In this document: one piece after another, positions 1-9,274 of the stretch
Numbering within the stretch: the stretch's first letter is position 1
Layout of the letters: each line of letters starts with the position of its first letter
Origin: Candidatus Eiseniibacteriota bacterium
Lineage (GTDB): Bacteria; Orphanbacterota; Orphanbacteria; Orphanbacterales; Orphanbacteraceae
Direction: 5' to 3'
Length of the DNA stretch: 64,000 bases
Assembly: GCA_016867715.1 (NCBI GenBank)
Contig: VGIW01000006.1
Coordinates: 233 to 64,232 of the forward strand
Translations under genes and position numbers: made by a program
Notes under the pieces: model-generated
Told to the model about the DNA's origin: nothing
What the model saw: the letters and a program-made list of their open reading frames with translations, nothing else
The model's database searches: none

Positions 1-1905
1 GGGTTCACGGCAACCCCCGGAACGGGGGCCGCCACTCTTTCGTGGACGAATCCCCTGAGCGGTGACTTCGCCCGTACGGTCATTCGGTTCTCGACCACGT
101 CCTACCCTGTCGGCCCGACCAACGGGAGCCCGGTTCCGAACGGTGCCGGCGGATCCTTCAGCGGGTCGCCGGGCTCGGCGGGCTCATTCACCCACAATGG
201 TCTCCAGGATGACCTCACCTACTACTACTCGGCCTTCGCCTACGACTCGGATGCAAAGCACTCGATCGCGGCAAACACGTTCGTGGTTATCCCCGATGTG
301 ACCCCTCCGGCGCCGGTGACGCAATTCACGGCTCACGCGGGAGACTCGACGATCACGTTGACCTGGCTGAATCCGGCCACGGCCGACTTCCAGGGTGTGT
401 ACATCGCCTACTCGACGAGCACGTATCCAAACACGATCCTTGATGGGATCCCTCTTCCGAACGGGAACAACGGTTTCATTCCCGGAGTTCCGGGGGAGCG
501 CGACACGGTCTACGGGTCAGGCCTTCCGAACGGGGTGACGCACTACTTCTCCGCCTTCGCTTATGACGAGGTCCCGAACTACTCCACGAAGGCGACAACG
601 TTCGGAACCCCTCAGGATGTCACGGCTCCGAGCCCCGTTCTCTCGTTCACGGCGGTGTCGGGAAACGGCCAGGCCACCCTTTCCTGGGCGAACCCGTCCG
701 ATCCGGACTTCACCGGAACCGTGGTCCGGTTTTCGACCAGTTCCTATCCCTCGACCCCGACCGCGGGGACGGCCGTTCCGAACGGCAGCAACGGGGACTT
801 CGCCGGGGCCCCCGGATCCAACGGGTCCTTCACCCACACCGGGCTCGCGAACGGGACCACTTACTACTACTCGGCCTTCGCGCATGACGAGGTCCCCAAC
901 TACTCCGCCGCGGCGAACGCTCAGGCTGTCCCGGGTGACGCGACCCCTCCGGACCCTGTGACCGCGTTCACGGCACGGAAGGGGGACAGGGAAGTACTGC
1001 TTTCCTGGACCAACCCCTCCACGGCGGATTTCAGCGCGACGACGATCCGGTTCTCGACGAGCGCCTATCCGTCCGGGCCGACCGATGGCACCGCCGCCCC
1101 GAACGGCAGCTCGGGAGTCTTCTCCGGCAGTCCCGGCTCGGCCGGGTCCTTCACCCATTCGGGGCTGACGAACGGAACAACGTACTACTACTCGGCGTTC
1201 GCCGCGGATGTATCGAACAACTACGCCTCCGCCGTCCAGGCGAGCGCGATCCCTGCGGACACGCTCGCGCCTTCTGTGGTCACGAACTTCCAGGCCCAAG
1301 CAGGCGACGGGCAGGTAGCGTTGAGCTGGAGGAACCCGAGCGACTCCGATTTCGCGGGGACCCTCGTTCGGTTCTCGACGACCTCGACTCCTGCAGGTCC
1401 GACGAGCGGACAGGCGGTCCCGAACGGGAACGAGGGAAGGTTCACTGGGTCGCCGGGCTCAAACGGCACCTACACGCATGCTGGGCTCACCAACGGAACG
1501 GTTTACTACTACGCGGCCTTCGCCTACGACGAGGTCCCTAACTACGCATCGGGCGCCTCGGGGACTGCGACACCGCAGGACGTGACCCCTCCAGGCGCCC
1601 CGACCTCCTTCACGGCTACAGCGGGAGAGGGAGAGGTCAAGCTCCGCTGGAATCACCCGGCCGACGCGGATGTCGCCGGAACCCTTATCCGCTTCTCGAC
1701 AGTCGGCACCCCCGCGAGCCCAACCTCCGGGTCCCCCGTGCCCAACGGAAGCGACGGGAAATTCACGGGCTCCCCGGCCGCCGCCGATTCGTTCGCCCAC
1801 ACGGGGCTCACGAACGGAACTACTTACTACTACGCCGCCTTTGCCTACGACGAAGTCCCGAACTACTCGACGGCCGCCACGGCCTCGGCTTTGCCCCAAG
1901 ACACC
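1..1905 (+). repeat. Tandem in-frame coding repeat, period 321 bp (107 aa), one partial and five full units
   Basis: Unit boundaries fall at nt 301, 622, 943, 1264, 1585 and 1905, each starting T(P/A)P..V..FTA. The units have diverged at DNA level but the protein motif order is conserved. Confidence 0.85.
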
Positions 1906-2859
1906 GTCGCGCCCACCCTCACCATTGGTGTTCTCCAGAACCCCTACTTCACGGCGAACCTGGATCTCTACCTGGTCGCTTCCGAGCCCCTGAACTCGGG
2001 GAGCGTGTCGATGACGGTGGGAGGCGCGCCGGTGGGCCTTCAGCTGAACGACTCGGAGGAGAACGTCTGGAAGGGGGACTACGCCATCTTGGGGAGTGGG
2101 GTGATCGCGCTGGCGGCAAGCGCCGAGGACCTGGCCGGCAATCAGGCGAGCGTGTCCGGCAGCTTCACGGCGAAGATGCTCCTCGCGCGGGTGGGGGGCA
2201 CGGTCACCAGCCCGGACGGGGTGATGGAGCTTAGGATCGGGCCGGGTGTTCTGGGGGCGGACGCCTGTTTCCTCATGATCCCGAGCGGGCTGACGGCCGG
2301 GGCTGGGAAGGCGACGATCCGTTCGCTGAGACCGGGATCGTACGAAGTCTATCCGAAGATCGAACTCCGGGGACGCGAAGCGGAGGTCGTGTTCCGCTAC
2401 CGTGTGGCGGGTCTTGCCAGCGAACAGGCGGATCGTCTGTATGTCCGGGATGATCAGACCGGACGCGCCCTCCCGTCCTTCGTCGACCTCACCGTGGGGA
2501 CGGTGTCCGCCGGCATCACCGAGATCAGCACGTACTCGCTGCAGATCGGCCAGCCCGGTTCGAGCGTGCCGGCAGACCCCTCCTACGCGCTTCTCGAGCA
2601 GAACCGGCCGAATCCGTTCAACCCGGTGACCACGATCGGCTTCGAGATCCGCGCGTCCCAACTCGTTCGTCTGGATATCTTCGGGATCACGGGCGACAAG
2701 ACCTGCACGCTCGTCGATTCCTACCTGCCAGCGGGCACTCACTCGGTGAGTTGGGACGGCACCGATGAGAGTGGGGAGGCGGTCCCGAGCGGTGTGTACT
2801 TCTATCGCTTGCGAACTCAACGAACCATGGACACCAAGAAGATGCTTCTGATCCGCTAG
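1..2859 (+). CDS. Surface/secreted repeat protein, 5'-truncated by the window edge: at least 6 tandem FN3-like modules, an Ig-like middle region, and a C-terminal FlgD-Ig/T9SS-type sorting tail
   Basis: Frame 1 is open from nt 1 (GFTATPGTGAATLSWTNP...) and continues into tracked ORF 283..2859. Each 107-aa unit carries LSWxNP..DFxGT..RFST..YP..PT.G..VPNG..G.PGS.GSFTH.GL.NGTTYYY.AFA.DEVPNYS. The last ~85 aa (NRPNPFNPVTTIGFEI...SGVYFYRL...KKMLLIR) resemble the tails of the proteins ending at 48815(-) and 58643(+). Confidence 0.8.
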   Translation, partial: GFTATPGTGAATLSWTNPLSGDFARTVIRFSTTSYPVGPTNGSPVPNGAGGSFSGSPGSAGSFTHNGLQDDLTYYYSAFAYDSDAKHSIAANTFVVIPDVTPPAPVTQFTAHAGDSTITLTWLNPATADFQGVYIAYSTSTYPNTILDGIPLPNGNNGFIPGVPGERDTVYGSGLPNGVTHYFSAFAYDEVPNYSTKATTFGTPQDVTAPSPVLSFTAVSGNGQATLSWANPSDPDFTGTVVRFSTSSYPSTPTAGTAVPNGSNGDFAGAPGSNGSFTHTGLANGTTYYYSAFAHDEVPNYSAAANAQAVPGDATPPDPVTAFTARKGDREVLLSWTNPSTADFSATTIRFSTSAYPSGPTDGTAAPNGSSGVFSGSPGSAGSFTHSGLTNGTTYYYSAFAADVSNNYASAVQASAIPADTLAPSVVTNFQAQAGDGQVALSWRNPSDSDFAGTLVRFSTTSTPAGPTSGQAVPNGNEGRFTGSPGSNGTYTHAGLTNGTVYYYAAFAYDEVPNYASGASGTATPQDVTPPGAPTSFTATAGEGEVKLRWNHPADADVAGTLIRFSTVGTPASPTSGSPVPNGSDGKFTGSPAAADSFAHTGLTNGTTYYYAAFAYDEVPNYSTAATASALPQDTVAPTLTIGVLQNPYFTANLDLYLVASEPLNSGSVSMTVGGAPVGLQLNDSEENVWKGDYAILGSGVIALAASAEDLAGNQASVSGSFTAKMLLARVGGTVTSPDGVMELRIGPGVLGADACFLMIPSGLTAGAGKATIRSLRPGSYEVYPKIELRGREAEVVFRYRVAGLASEQADRLYVRDDQTGRALPSFVDLTVGTVSAGITEISTYSLQIGQPGSSVPADPSYALLEQNRPNPFNPVTTIGFEIRASQLVRLDIFGITGDKTCTLVDSYLPAGTHSVSWDGTDESGEAVPSGVYFYRLRTQRTMDTKKMLLIR

Positions 2860-2885
2860 TACTGAGGATGGAGGGGGAGAAAGTC

Positions 2886-3533
2886 ATGAGGGGAACCGGA
2901 CTCAGGACGAGGGCCGCATGGTTCGGGGGCGCGACGACCGTGTTGGGCGTGCTCCTCACGCTTGGATGCGGCGGAGGGGGAGGAGGCGGTGGTGGAACCG
3001 GGCCGACGAACGAGGACTTGGCCGCAGAATACACAGCGGATGGATGGGATGCTTTTGAGCAGGGGAACTACGCGGCCGCTCGTGGGCACTTCGAGGACGC
3101 GCTCGAGAAGGTGGGTACTTACGGACAGGCTTATCTCGGGCTTGGGTGGTGCCAGGCGGCCGCTGGGGAGTACCTCTCGGCGAAGACGAGCTTCGATCAA
3201 GCCATCTCCAACGGTGTGACTGGAGCCGACCCCTATGCGGGGAAGGCGGCCGCTCTTCGCGACGCGAACCCTCCCGACTACTCGGGCACGATCTCGGCCG
3301 CGTCTGCGGCTCTCAGCGCCGCTCCGACCTACCAGTTCAGCCACGACACGTCCTTCGACTGGCGGGATCTTCGGCTGATCATGGCTCAGTGCTACTTCGC
3401 ACTCGGCGAATACGAATCGGCGAACGAGCAGGTCGGGCTCCTCGGCGGGGACGAACAGGACGAGCAGTCCCCGACGTTCGTGGAAAACCTACTGGCGGAG
3501 CTGGAGAATCTGGGGTCCGCGATCCGCTCGTAG
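2886..3533 (+). CDS. TPR-repeat lipoprotein
   Basis: A GGAGGGGGAG RBS lies 6 nt before the ATG at 2886, which is in frame with tracked ORF 2868. A signal peptide plus lipobox is present (VLLTLGC followed by a Gly run). TPR-like helices are visible (GNYAAARGHFEDALEK.., YFALGEYESANEQ). Confidence 0.7.
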   Translation: MRGTGLRTRAAWFGGATTVLGVLLTLGCGGGGGGGGGTGPTNEDLAAEYTADGWDAFEQGNYAAARGHFEDALEKVGTYGQAYLGLGWCQAAAGEYLSAKTSFDQAISNGVTGADPYAGKAAALRDANPPDYSGTISAASAALSAAPTYQFSHDTSFDWRDLRLIMAQCYFALGEYESANEQVGLLGGDEQDEQSPTFVENLLAELENLGSAIRS

Positions 3534-3638
3534 AGGCAGGGTGCGCTTTCGGTTGTTCCTCATTCTCGACCCGATCGAGAGGGACTCCGGGCTTTGGTGG
3601 GAGTCGCTGCGGATCGAGCTCAACGATCGAGAGCTCTG

Positions 3639-3656
3639 CCTGCCCGATCGGGCAGG
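3639..3656 (+). terminator. Perfect 18-nt palindrome (7-bp stem, GATC loop) about 105 nt after the TPR gene; weak terminator candidate
   Basis: The sequence is CCTGCCCGATCGGGCAGG followed by TCTTCGAT. The T-tract is poor. Confidence 0.3.
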
Positions 3657-3790
3657 TCTTCGATAGCACTTGAACCCACGCCGTTCTCCGCTCTGAACGA
3701 GATGCGGGCCTGGATCGAGACGACTCTGGATGCGGATTCCCCCGTTTCTCTACCCGGTCTTTGCTGCGCCCGGAGAGCACGTTTCGATCC

Positions 3791-3819
3791 TTGCCGCGCT
3801 CCGGACGCTTTGCTATACT
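3791..3819 (+). promoter_or_regulatory. Sigma-70-type promoter candidate for tRNA-Pro(GGG)
   Basis: TTGCCG-17 nt-TATACT with an extended -10 (TGcTATACT), about 55 nt upstream of the tRNA 5' end. Confidence 0.45.
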
Positions 3820-3879
3820 GCGCGCGAAGAGCACGCTCGGCCGCGTTCGCCGGCGTGAGAAACCCGCGTCCGTAACGGT

Positions 3880-3956
3880 CGGGGCGTGGGGCAGTCCGGT
3901 AGCCCACTAGCATGGGGCGCTAGGAGTCGCTGGTTCAAATCCAGTCGCCCCGACCA
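3880..3956 (+). tRNA. tRNA-Pro (anticodon GGG), CCA encoded
   Basis: Folded by hand as a cloverleaf. Acceptor CGGGGCG/CGCCCCG, anticodon stem CTAGC/GCTAG, loop AT-GGG-GC, T arm GCTGG-TTCAAAT-CCAGT, discriminator A followed by CCA. Confidence 0.9.
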
Positions 3957-4011
3957 TCTCCTCTCGCGCCTCCGCGGAAGCCGGGCCGCGGTCTCAAGGA
4001 ATCGAACCGCG

Positions 4012-4695
4012 ATGCGCCTTCTCGTTCTCATCCCCGCCTTCAACGTGGAACGATCGCTCGCCGGCGTGCTTCGCGAGGTTCGGCGAGCGGCGCCGGAGGC
4101 GGATGTTCTCGTCGTGGACGACGGATCGACCGACCGGACCGCCGCCGTCGCGAGCGAAGAGGGGACGCGCCTCCTCTCCCACGGGACGAACCGGGGGAAG
4201 GGAGCCGCGCTTCGAAGCGGGTTCGACGTCGCGATCCGCGAGGGGTACGATGCGGTCGCAACGCTCGACGGGGACGGGCAGCATCCTCCGGAGTGGATCC
4301 CGGGGTTCATCCGGAAGGTGGAGGAGACCGGAGCGGATCTCGTCGTCGGATCCCGCCGCGGCGATCACGAGCGGATGCCGCCCCTCCGGCGCCTCTCGAA
4401 CCGCCTCACGACGTGGCTCGCCTCCCGCGCGGCGGGCGCGCGTCTTCCGGACAGCCAGTCCGGGTATCGCCTGATCCGGACCGGCGTGCTCCGAGCGGTC
4501 CCTCTCCGGACCGCGCACTACGAGACCGAAACCGAGCTTCTCGTCGGCGCGGCCCGGAAGGGCTTCCGCATCGACTCAATCCCGATCCCCGCGGTCTACG
4601 CCGACGAGACGAGCCACATCTCCGTCTGGCGGGACACGATACGCTTCCTCAAGCTGCTCGCCTCGATGCGAAGGAGAGACGATTGGAAATCCTGA
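4012..4695 (+). CDS. Family-2 glycosyltransferase (DPM1/polyprenyl-phosphate glycosyltransferase-like)
   Basis: MRLLVLIPAFNVERSL...VVDDGSTDRT...NRGKGAALRSG...LDGDGQHPP matches the GT2 signature layout. Tracked ORF 3886 overlaps the tRNA, so the internal ATG at 4012 is used. Confidence 0.8.
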   Translation: MRLLVLIPAFNVERSLAGVLREVRRAAPEADVLVVDDGSTDRTAAVASEEGTRLLSHGTNRGKGAALRSGFDVAIREGYDAVATLDGDGQHPPEWIPGFIRKVEETGADLVVGSRRGDHERMPPLRRLSNRLTTWLASRAAGARLPDSQSGYRLIRTGVLRAVPLRTAHYETETELLVGAARKGFRIDSIPIPAVYADETSHISVWRDTIRFLKLLASMRRRDDWKS

Positions 4696-5441
4696 TCACG
4701 AACGACGACGGCCTCGATTCCGAAGGGCTCCAGGTCCTCGCGCGCGCGGCCGCGGCGCTTGGGAACGTCACCGTGGTCGCCCCCGAGAAGGAACAGAGCG
4801 CCTCGAGCCACGCGATCACGCTCGGCGCCCCGCTTCGCGCGCGAAGACGCCCCGACGGCCGGATCGGCGTGAGCGGCACGCCGACCGACTGCGTCTTTTT
4901 AGCGATGAACGGTCTCGTTTCGAATCGTCCTGATCTCGTTCTTTCAGGCATCAATCACGGCGCGAACATGGGGGACGACATCACTTACTCGGGGACCGTG
5001 GCCGCCGCCATCGAGGCAACCCTGATCGGCGTCCCCGCGATCGCCTTCTCGGTCGCCGCGCGGAGCGGGCATCTCTTCGAGGCGCCCGAGCGCCTCATCG
5101 GAGGGATCGTCGAGAAGATGATCGCCGATCCTCCTCCCCGAAGGACGTTTTGGAACGTGAACTTCCCGAACCTGCCGTTCGAAGAGATCCGCGGGATCCG
5201 CGTCACGGTGCTCGGGACCCATCGCTACCAGAACGCGCTCGTCCGCGAGCCCGCGTCGGCGGGCGAGGAGATCTACCGCGTCGGGGGCGGGGAGCTGATG
5301 TGGGAAGAGAACCCGGAGGCGGACTTCACGACCGTTCTCCGCAACCGCTCGGTCTCCGTGACCCCAGTTCATTTGGACCTCAATCATTACGAGATGATCC
5401 ACGAGATGCGCCGCTGGCGGTGGGACGGACCGGAACGATGA
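4683..5441 (+). CDS. surE: 5'/3'-nucleotidase SurE
   Basis: TTG start preceded by an AAGGAG RBS. (M)EILITNDDGLDSEGL...SGINHGANMGDDITYSGTVAAA is the canonical SurE N-terminus. The start overlaps the GT2 stop by 13 nt. Confidence 0.85.
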   Translation: MEILITNDDGLDSEGLQVLARAAAALGNVTVVAPEKEQSASSHAITLGAPLRARRRPDGRIGVSGTPTDCVFLAMNGLVSNRPDLVLSGINHGANMGDDITYSGTVAAAIEATLIGVPAIAFSVAARSGHLFEAPERLIGGIVEKMIADPPPRRTFWNVNFPNLPFEEIRGIRVTVLGTHRYQNALVREPASAGEEIYRVGGGELMWEENPEADFTTVLRNRSVSVTPVHLDLNHYEMIHEMRRWRWDGPER

Positions 5442-6238
5442 GGCCCTATCGGGGCGCGGAGGAATACCGGACCGCGCGCGAGCGGATGGTGCGAACCGAG
5501 GCGATCGAGAAGGGGATCCGGGATCCGCGGGTGCTCCGGGCGCTTCTCGAGGTCCCGCGCCATCTCTTCGCCGAAGAGGCGCTCGCCTCGCGCGCCTACG
5601 GGGCCCATGCGCTCCCGATCGGCCGCGGGCAGACCCTCAGCCAGCCCTATATGGTCGCGCGGATGACCGAGGCGCTCGAGCTCCGGGGAGGAGAGAAGGT
5701 CCTCGAGGTGGGGACGGGGAGCGGCTACCAGGCGGCGGTTCTCGCCCGAGCCGGCTGCCGCGTCTTCTCGGTCGAGCGGATTCCCGAGCTCGCGCAGCGC
5801 GCGCGAAAGATCCTCGACGCGATCGGGGCGGCGAACGTCGTCGTGCGGATCGGCGACGGGTCGGAAGGGTGGCCCGAGTTCGCTCCGTTCGATCGCATCC
5901 TTCTGACGGCGGGGGGGCGCGCGATTCCTACATCCCTCAAGGATCAACTGGGGGAGGGGGGCATCGTCGTGGCCCCGGTGGGAGAGCGCCGTCAGGAGCT
6001 CCTGCGCGTTCGGAAGGAGAGAGGAGGGGAGCGGGTCGAGACGCTCGGCCCCTGCCGGTTCGTTCCCCTCGTGACCGGAGAGGGCCGGCGGCGAAAGACG
6101 GATCGAGCGGAGCCGGCGGGGGAGACGGATTCTCCCCGGCGCCCGCAGGACCTCCCGGCGCCGAGAGGGGCGGCGGACTTCCGAGCGCGAAAAAAAGGGA
6201 AACTGGGGGGTTTTCACCCTCCCACGAACCCGCTATAA
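5438..6238 (+). CDS. pcm: Protein-L-isoaspartate O-methyltransferase with a ~55-aa basic low-complexity C-terminal tail
   Basis: ATGA overlap with the surE stop. Contains RHLF...YGAHALPIGRGQTLSQPYMVARMTE...VLEVGTGSGYQAAVLA...GDG..GWPE.APFDRILLTAG. Confidence 0.85.
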   Translation: MRPYRGAEEYRTARERMVRTEAIEKGIRDPRVLRALLEVPRHLFAEEALASRAYGAHALPIGRGQTLSQPYMVARMTEALELRGGEKVLEVGTGSGYQAAVLARAGCRVFSVERIPELAQRARKILDAIGAANVVVRIGDGSEGWPEFAPFDRILLTAGGRAIPTSLKDQLGEGGIVVAPVGERRQELLRVRKERGGERVETLGPCRFVPLVTGEGRRRKTDRAEPAGETDSPRRPQDLPAPRGAADFRARKKGKLGGFHPPTNPL

Positions 6239-6239
6239 T
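6211..6239 (+). promoter_or_regulatory. Sigma-70-type promoter candidate for tRNA-Pro(CGG), embedded in the pcm 3' end
   Basis: TTTTCA-17 nt-TATAAT with a perfect -10. The pcm stop codon TAA lies inside the -10 hexamer. Confidence 0.4.
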
Positions 6240-6362
6240 CCCTTCGCTCCCGGCTGTCCGCCGCCGGGACCTCGCGCGCCGGGCCATCGACCCGCCCGCG
6301 GAGGTCCGGGCGCGCGGAGCCTCCCCGAGGAGGCAGGCCGGCGACGACGCGAAAACTCGGGT

Positions 6363-6439
<77 letters not shown>

Positions 6440-6564
6440 CCTTTCCGTGCCCGAGAATGAAACGGGGTCGAGGAGGTTCCGTTCCGACAGGGGTCGATGG
6501 AGGGCCGAAGGCCCGACAGCGACTCGAATCGATTCGCCCCGCCGGAGCGGAAGCGGAGGCGGGG

Positions 6565-6587
6565 AAATCCTCTCGCCCCGACCACCT
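6565..6587 (+). repeat. 23-nt direct copy of the 3' end of tRNA-Pro(CGG) (copy of 6420..6442)
   Basis: AAATCCTCTCGCCCCGACCACCT occurs at 6420-6442 (T-arm 3' half, acceptor, CCA, plus 3 nt) and again at 6565-6587. In both copies a GGAGG lies just upstream. Confidence 0.85.
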
Positions 6588-6771
6588 CCACTCAACGATC
6601 GTTTCGACATCAAGAACTTGGTCGCGGCGGCCGGGATCGAGAATCGAGGAAGGCCGGGAGGAGTTTCGGCTCCCGCCGATCCGCCCGCCGCGAGCAGACA
6701 CTCCGCGCGAGCCGCTTCGCAGAACGAGCCCAGGCGGCGGACGTCCCGGGAGGCGAGGAGGCGGACGGACG

Positions 6772-7221
6772 ATGCAGGTCGGCGTGATCGGGGCGGGACG
6801 CTGCGATGCGGCGACCGCCGAGAAGGCGGAGAGGGTCGGGCGTCTCCTCGCGCGGAGAGGCGCCGTCCTCGTGTGCGGAGGGATGGGCGGGGTGATGGAA
6901 GCGGCGTCGAGAGGAGCGCGGGCGGAAGGGGGGATCGCGGTCGGCATCCTTCCCGGGCGGAATCCGGCCGAGGGGAACGCCCACCTCACGGTCCGCATCG
7001 CCACCGGGTTCGGGGACGGCCGGAACATCCTCATCCCGCAGTCGTGCGACGGGGTGATCGCGATCGCGGGCTCTTACGGCACCCTCTCCGAGATCGCTTT
7101 CGCGAGGAAGCTCGGGATCCCCCTGGTCGGGATCTCCACATGGGAACTAGACGGTTCCTTCCCCGTGACGGATGATCCGGAGGAGGCGGTCGAGCTCCTG
7201 CTCGGGAGGATCGGCGGATGA
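6772..7221 (+). CDS. LOG/TIGR00725-family Rossmann protein (lysine-decarboxylase-like)
   Basis: MQVGVIGAGRCD...VLVCGGMGGVMEAASRGA...GILPG...IATGFGDGRNILI...VIAIAGSYGTLSEIAFA. The upstream part of tracked ORF 6457 is treated as non-coding. Confidence 0.75.
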   Translation: MQVGVIGAGRCDAATAEKAERVGRLLARRGAVLVCGGMGGVMEAASRGARAEGGIAVGILPGRNPAEGNAHLTVRIATGFGDGRNILIPQSCDGVIAIAGSYGTLSEIAFARKLGIPLVGISTWELDGSFPVTDDPEEAVELLLGRIGG

Positions 7222-7502
7222 ACGAACGAGAAGTCCGCAAGCGCGTGATCGTCTCCGGGCGCGTCCAAGGGGTCGGTTTCCGCTACCACGCGAGGCGCGC
7301 GGCGGAGAACCACGACGTGTCCGGCTTCGTCCGCAACCTCGACGACGGATCGGTCGAGGTCGAGGCGCAGGGTCTCCCCGCGGAGGTGGATGCCTTCCTC
7401 GCGGAGGTGCGGAGAGGCCCGCATGGCTCGCGCGTGATCGACTTCCGAGCGGAGCCGGCGCCGCTCGAGCCTGAGGCTCGCGGGTTCCGAATCCGCTACT
7501 GA
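7218..7502 (+). CDS. acyP: Acylphosphatase
   Basis: A 94-aa protein with VSGRVQGVGFRYHARRAA...GFVRNLDDGSVEVEAQG. ATGA overlap with the preceding gene. Confidence 0.85.
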   Translation: MNEREVRKRVIVSGRVQGVGFRYHARRAAENHDVSGFVRNLDDGSVEVEAQGLPAEVDAFLAEVRRGPHGSRVIDFRAEPAPLEPEARGFRIRY

Positions 7503-7507
7503 TTCCG

Positions 7508-8563
7508 ATGACACGCATCTCGAAACGTAAGCACTTGGAAGGCCTCGCGAAGGAGAGCCGGAATCTCCTCCGCCGCGGGGCGGAGCGCGGCTTCCTCCGC
7601 TCCGAGGAGGTGGACGACCTGGCCTCCTCGGGGCGTCTGGAGGAAGGAGAGCTCGAGTCGTTCCTCGATGCGGTCGACACGCTCTCCATCCCGATCGAGG
7701 ATCAGGAGAAGGAGGAAGAGCGCGAGCTCCGCCCCAAGGCGGCCGCCGAACCGCTCCGCATCTATCTCGACGAGATCGGGAAGATCGCTCGGCTCACGCC
7801 GAGCGAAGAGGTGGTGCTCTCCGCGCGCGTACGCCAAGGAGACGATGAGGCGAGGAAGCGGATGATCCTCGCCAACCTCCGGCTCGTGGTGACGATCGCC
7901 CGCCACTACTGGAGCCGCGGCCACTCGTTTCTCGACCTCATCGAGGAAGGAAACATGGGGCTCATCCGCGCGGTGGAGAAATTTGACGGATCGAAAGGTT
8001 ATCGATTCAGCACCTATGGGTCGTGGTGGATCCGACAGGCGATCTCGCGCGCGATCGTGAACCACGGGCGGATCATCCGGATCCCGATCTACGTCATCCA
8101 GCTCGTCGGGCGATACGAGCAGGCGCGGCGCCGGCTCCTTCACGCGAAGAAGAGGGAGCCCGGAGTCCGGGCGGTCGCGCGGGAGCTCGGCATCTCCGAG
8201 AAGAAGGCGCGGATGATCGCTCACCTCATCGAGAACGTCCGCGCGCTCGATTCGGTGGCGAGCGTGGAGACGATGCAGCGGATCGTGCACCAGGTTCCGG
8301 ACCGGAGAGAGCCGTCGCCGTACGATCTCGTCGATCTCCATCTCGAGCACGAGCGCCTCGGCCGGCTGCTCCAGCGCCTCTCCTCGCGCGAGCAGGCGAT
8401 CCTCCGGATCCGCTTCGGGCTCGACACCGGCCTCCCGAAGTCGCTCTCGGAGACCGGGGACGAGTTCGGCCTCTCGCGGGAGAGGATTCGCCAGATCGAG
8501 AGGCGCGCCCTCGGGAAGCTCCGCCGACTTCTCGAGGTGGGAGGCGGGCGACCGCCCCAGTGA
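7508..8563 (+). CDS. Sigma-70 family sigma factor (RpoD/RpoS-like, regions 1.2-4)
   Basis: RIYLDEIGKIARLTPSEEV...ANLRLVVTIARHY..RGHSFLDLIEEGNMGLIRAVEKFD...YRFSTYGSWWIRQAISRAI...RIP...LSSREQAILRIRFGL...SLSETGDEFGLSRERIRQIERRAL. Confidence 0.85.
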   Translation: MTRISKRKHLEGLAKESRNLLRRGAERGFLRSEEVDDLASSGRLEEGELESFLDAVDTLSIPIEDQEKEEERELRPKAAAEPLRIYLDEIGKIARLTPSEEVVLSARVRQGDDEARKRMILANLRLVVTIARHYWSRGHSFLDLIEEGNMGLIRAVEKFDGSKGYRFSTYGSWWIRQAISRAIVNHGRIIRIPIYVIQLVGRYEQARRRLLHAKKREPGVRAVARELGISEKKARMIAHLIENVRALDSVASVETMQRIVHQVPDRREPSPYDLVDLHLEHERLGRLLQRLSSREQAILRIRFGLDTGLPKSLSETGDEFGLSRERIRQIERRALGKLRRLLEVGGGRPPQ

Positions 8564-8650
8564 CGCGGGCGCCGCCCCGCGCGGACCCCGGGCCGAACCC
8601 CTTGTCCCGGCGGCGGTCCGGTGCTATCGTCCCGCGGGGATGGGAGCTGG

Positions 8651-9172
8651 ATGGACCTCAAGAGCCGCATCCGAAACGTCCCGGACTTCCCCAAGCAGGG
8701 GATCGTCTTTCGGGACATTACCACGCTCCTCGAGGACGCCGAAGCGTTTCGGGCGGCGGTCGACGCGCTGGAGAAGCTCCTCGCGGGGCGGCCGGTCGAG
8801 AAGGTGGTCTGCGTCGAATCGAGGGGGTTCCTCTTCGGCGCGCCGCTCGCGCTTCGCCTCGGGTGCGGCCTTGTTCCGCTCCGGAAACCGGGCAAGCTCC
8901 CCGCGGAGACGATTCGCGAGACCTACTCACTCGAGTACGGAACGGACGCGATCGAGATGCACCGCGGCGCCGTGAAGAAGGGAGAGCGGGTCGTGATCGT
9001 GGACGACCTCCTCGCCACCGGCGGCACCGCGGCGGCGGCGGCTCGGCTTGTCGAGTCGGCCGGAGGCCGCGTCGCCTGCATGCTCTTTCTCGTCGAGCTC
9101 GCTTTCCTCGGAGGGAGAGAGAAGCTGAAAGACCGGGAGGTCCTCGCGGCGGTCCGTTATGATTCGGAATGA
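8651..9172 (+). CDS. apt: Adenine phosphoribosyltransferase
   Basis: MDLKSRIRNVPDFPKQGIVFRDITTLL...VVCVESRGFLFGAPLA...VIVDDLLATGGTA. Confidence 0.9.
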   Translation: MDLKSRIRNVPDFPKQGIVFRDITTLLEDAEAFRAAVDALEKLLAGRPVEKVVCVESRGFLFGAPLALRLGCGLVPLRKPGKLPAETIRETYSLEYGTDAIEMHRGAVKKGERVVIVDDLLATGGTAAAAARLVESAGGRVACMLFLVELAFLGGREKLKDREVLAAVRYDSE

Positions 9173-9179
9173 GGAACGA

Positions 9180-9253
9180 GCCCCCGTAGCTCAGTCAGGA
9201 TAGAGCGCCGGTTTCCTAAACCGGGAGCCCAAGTTCGAGTCTTGGCGGGGGCA
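9180..9253 (+). tRNA. tRNA-Arg (anticodon CCT), no encoded CCA
   Basis: Acceptor GCCCCCG/CGGGGGC, D arm GCTC-AGTCAGGATA-GAGC, anticodon arm CCGGT-TT-CCT-AA-ACCGG, T loop GTTCGAGTC. Confidence 0.85.
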
Positions 9254-9274
9254 TTCTCGATTGGAGGACGTTCG

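Noticed and set aside
62-301. A 79-aa ORF at the window start.
   Set aside because: It is out of frame with, and fully inside, the open frame-1 FN3-repeat coding sequence. Its product is Arg/Ser/Pro/Thr-rich.
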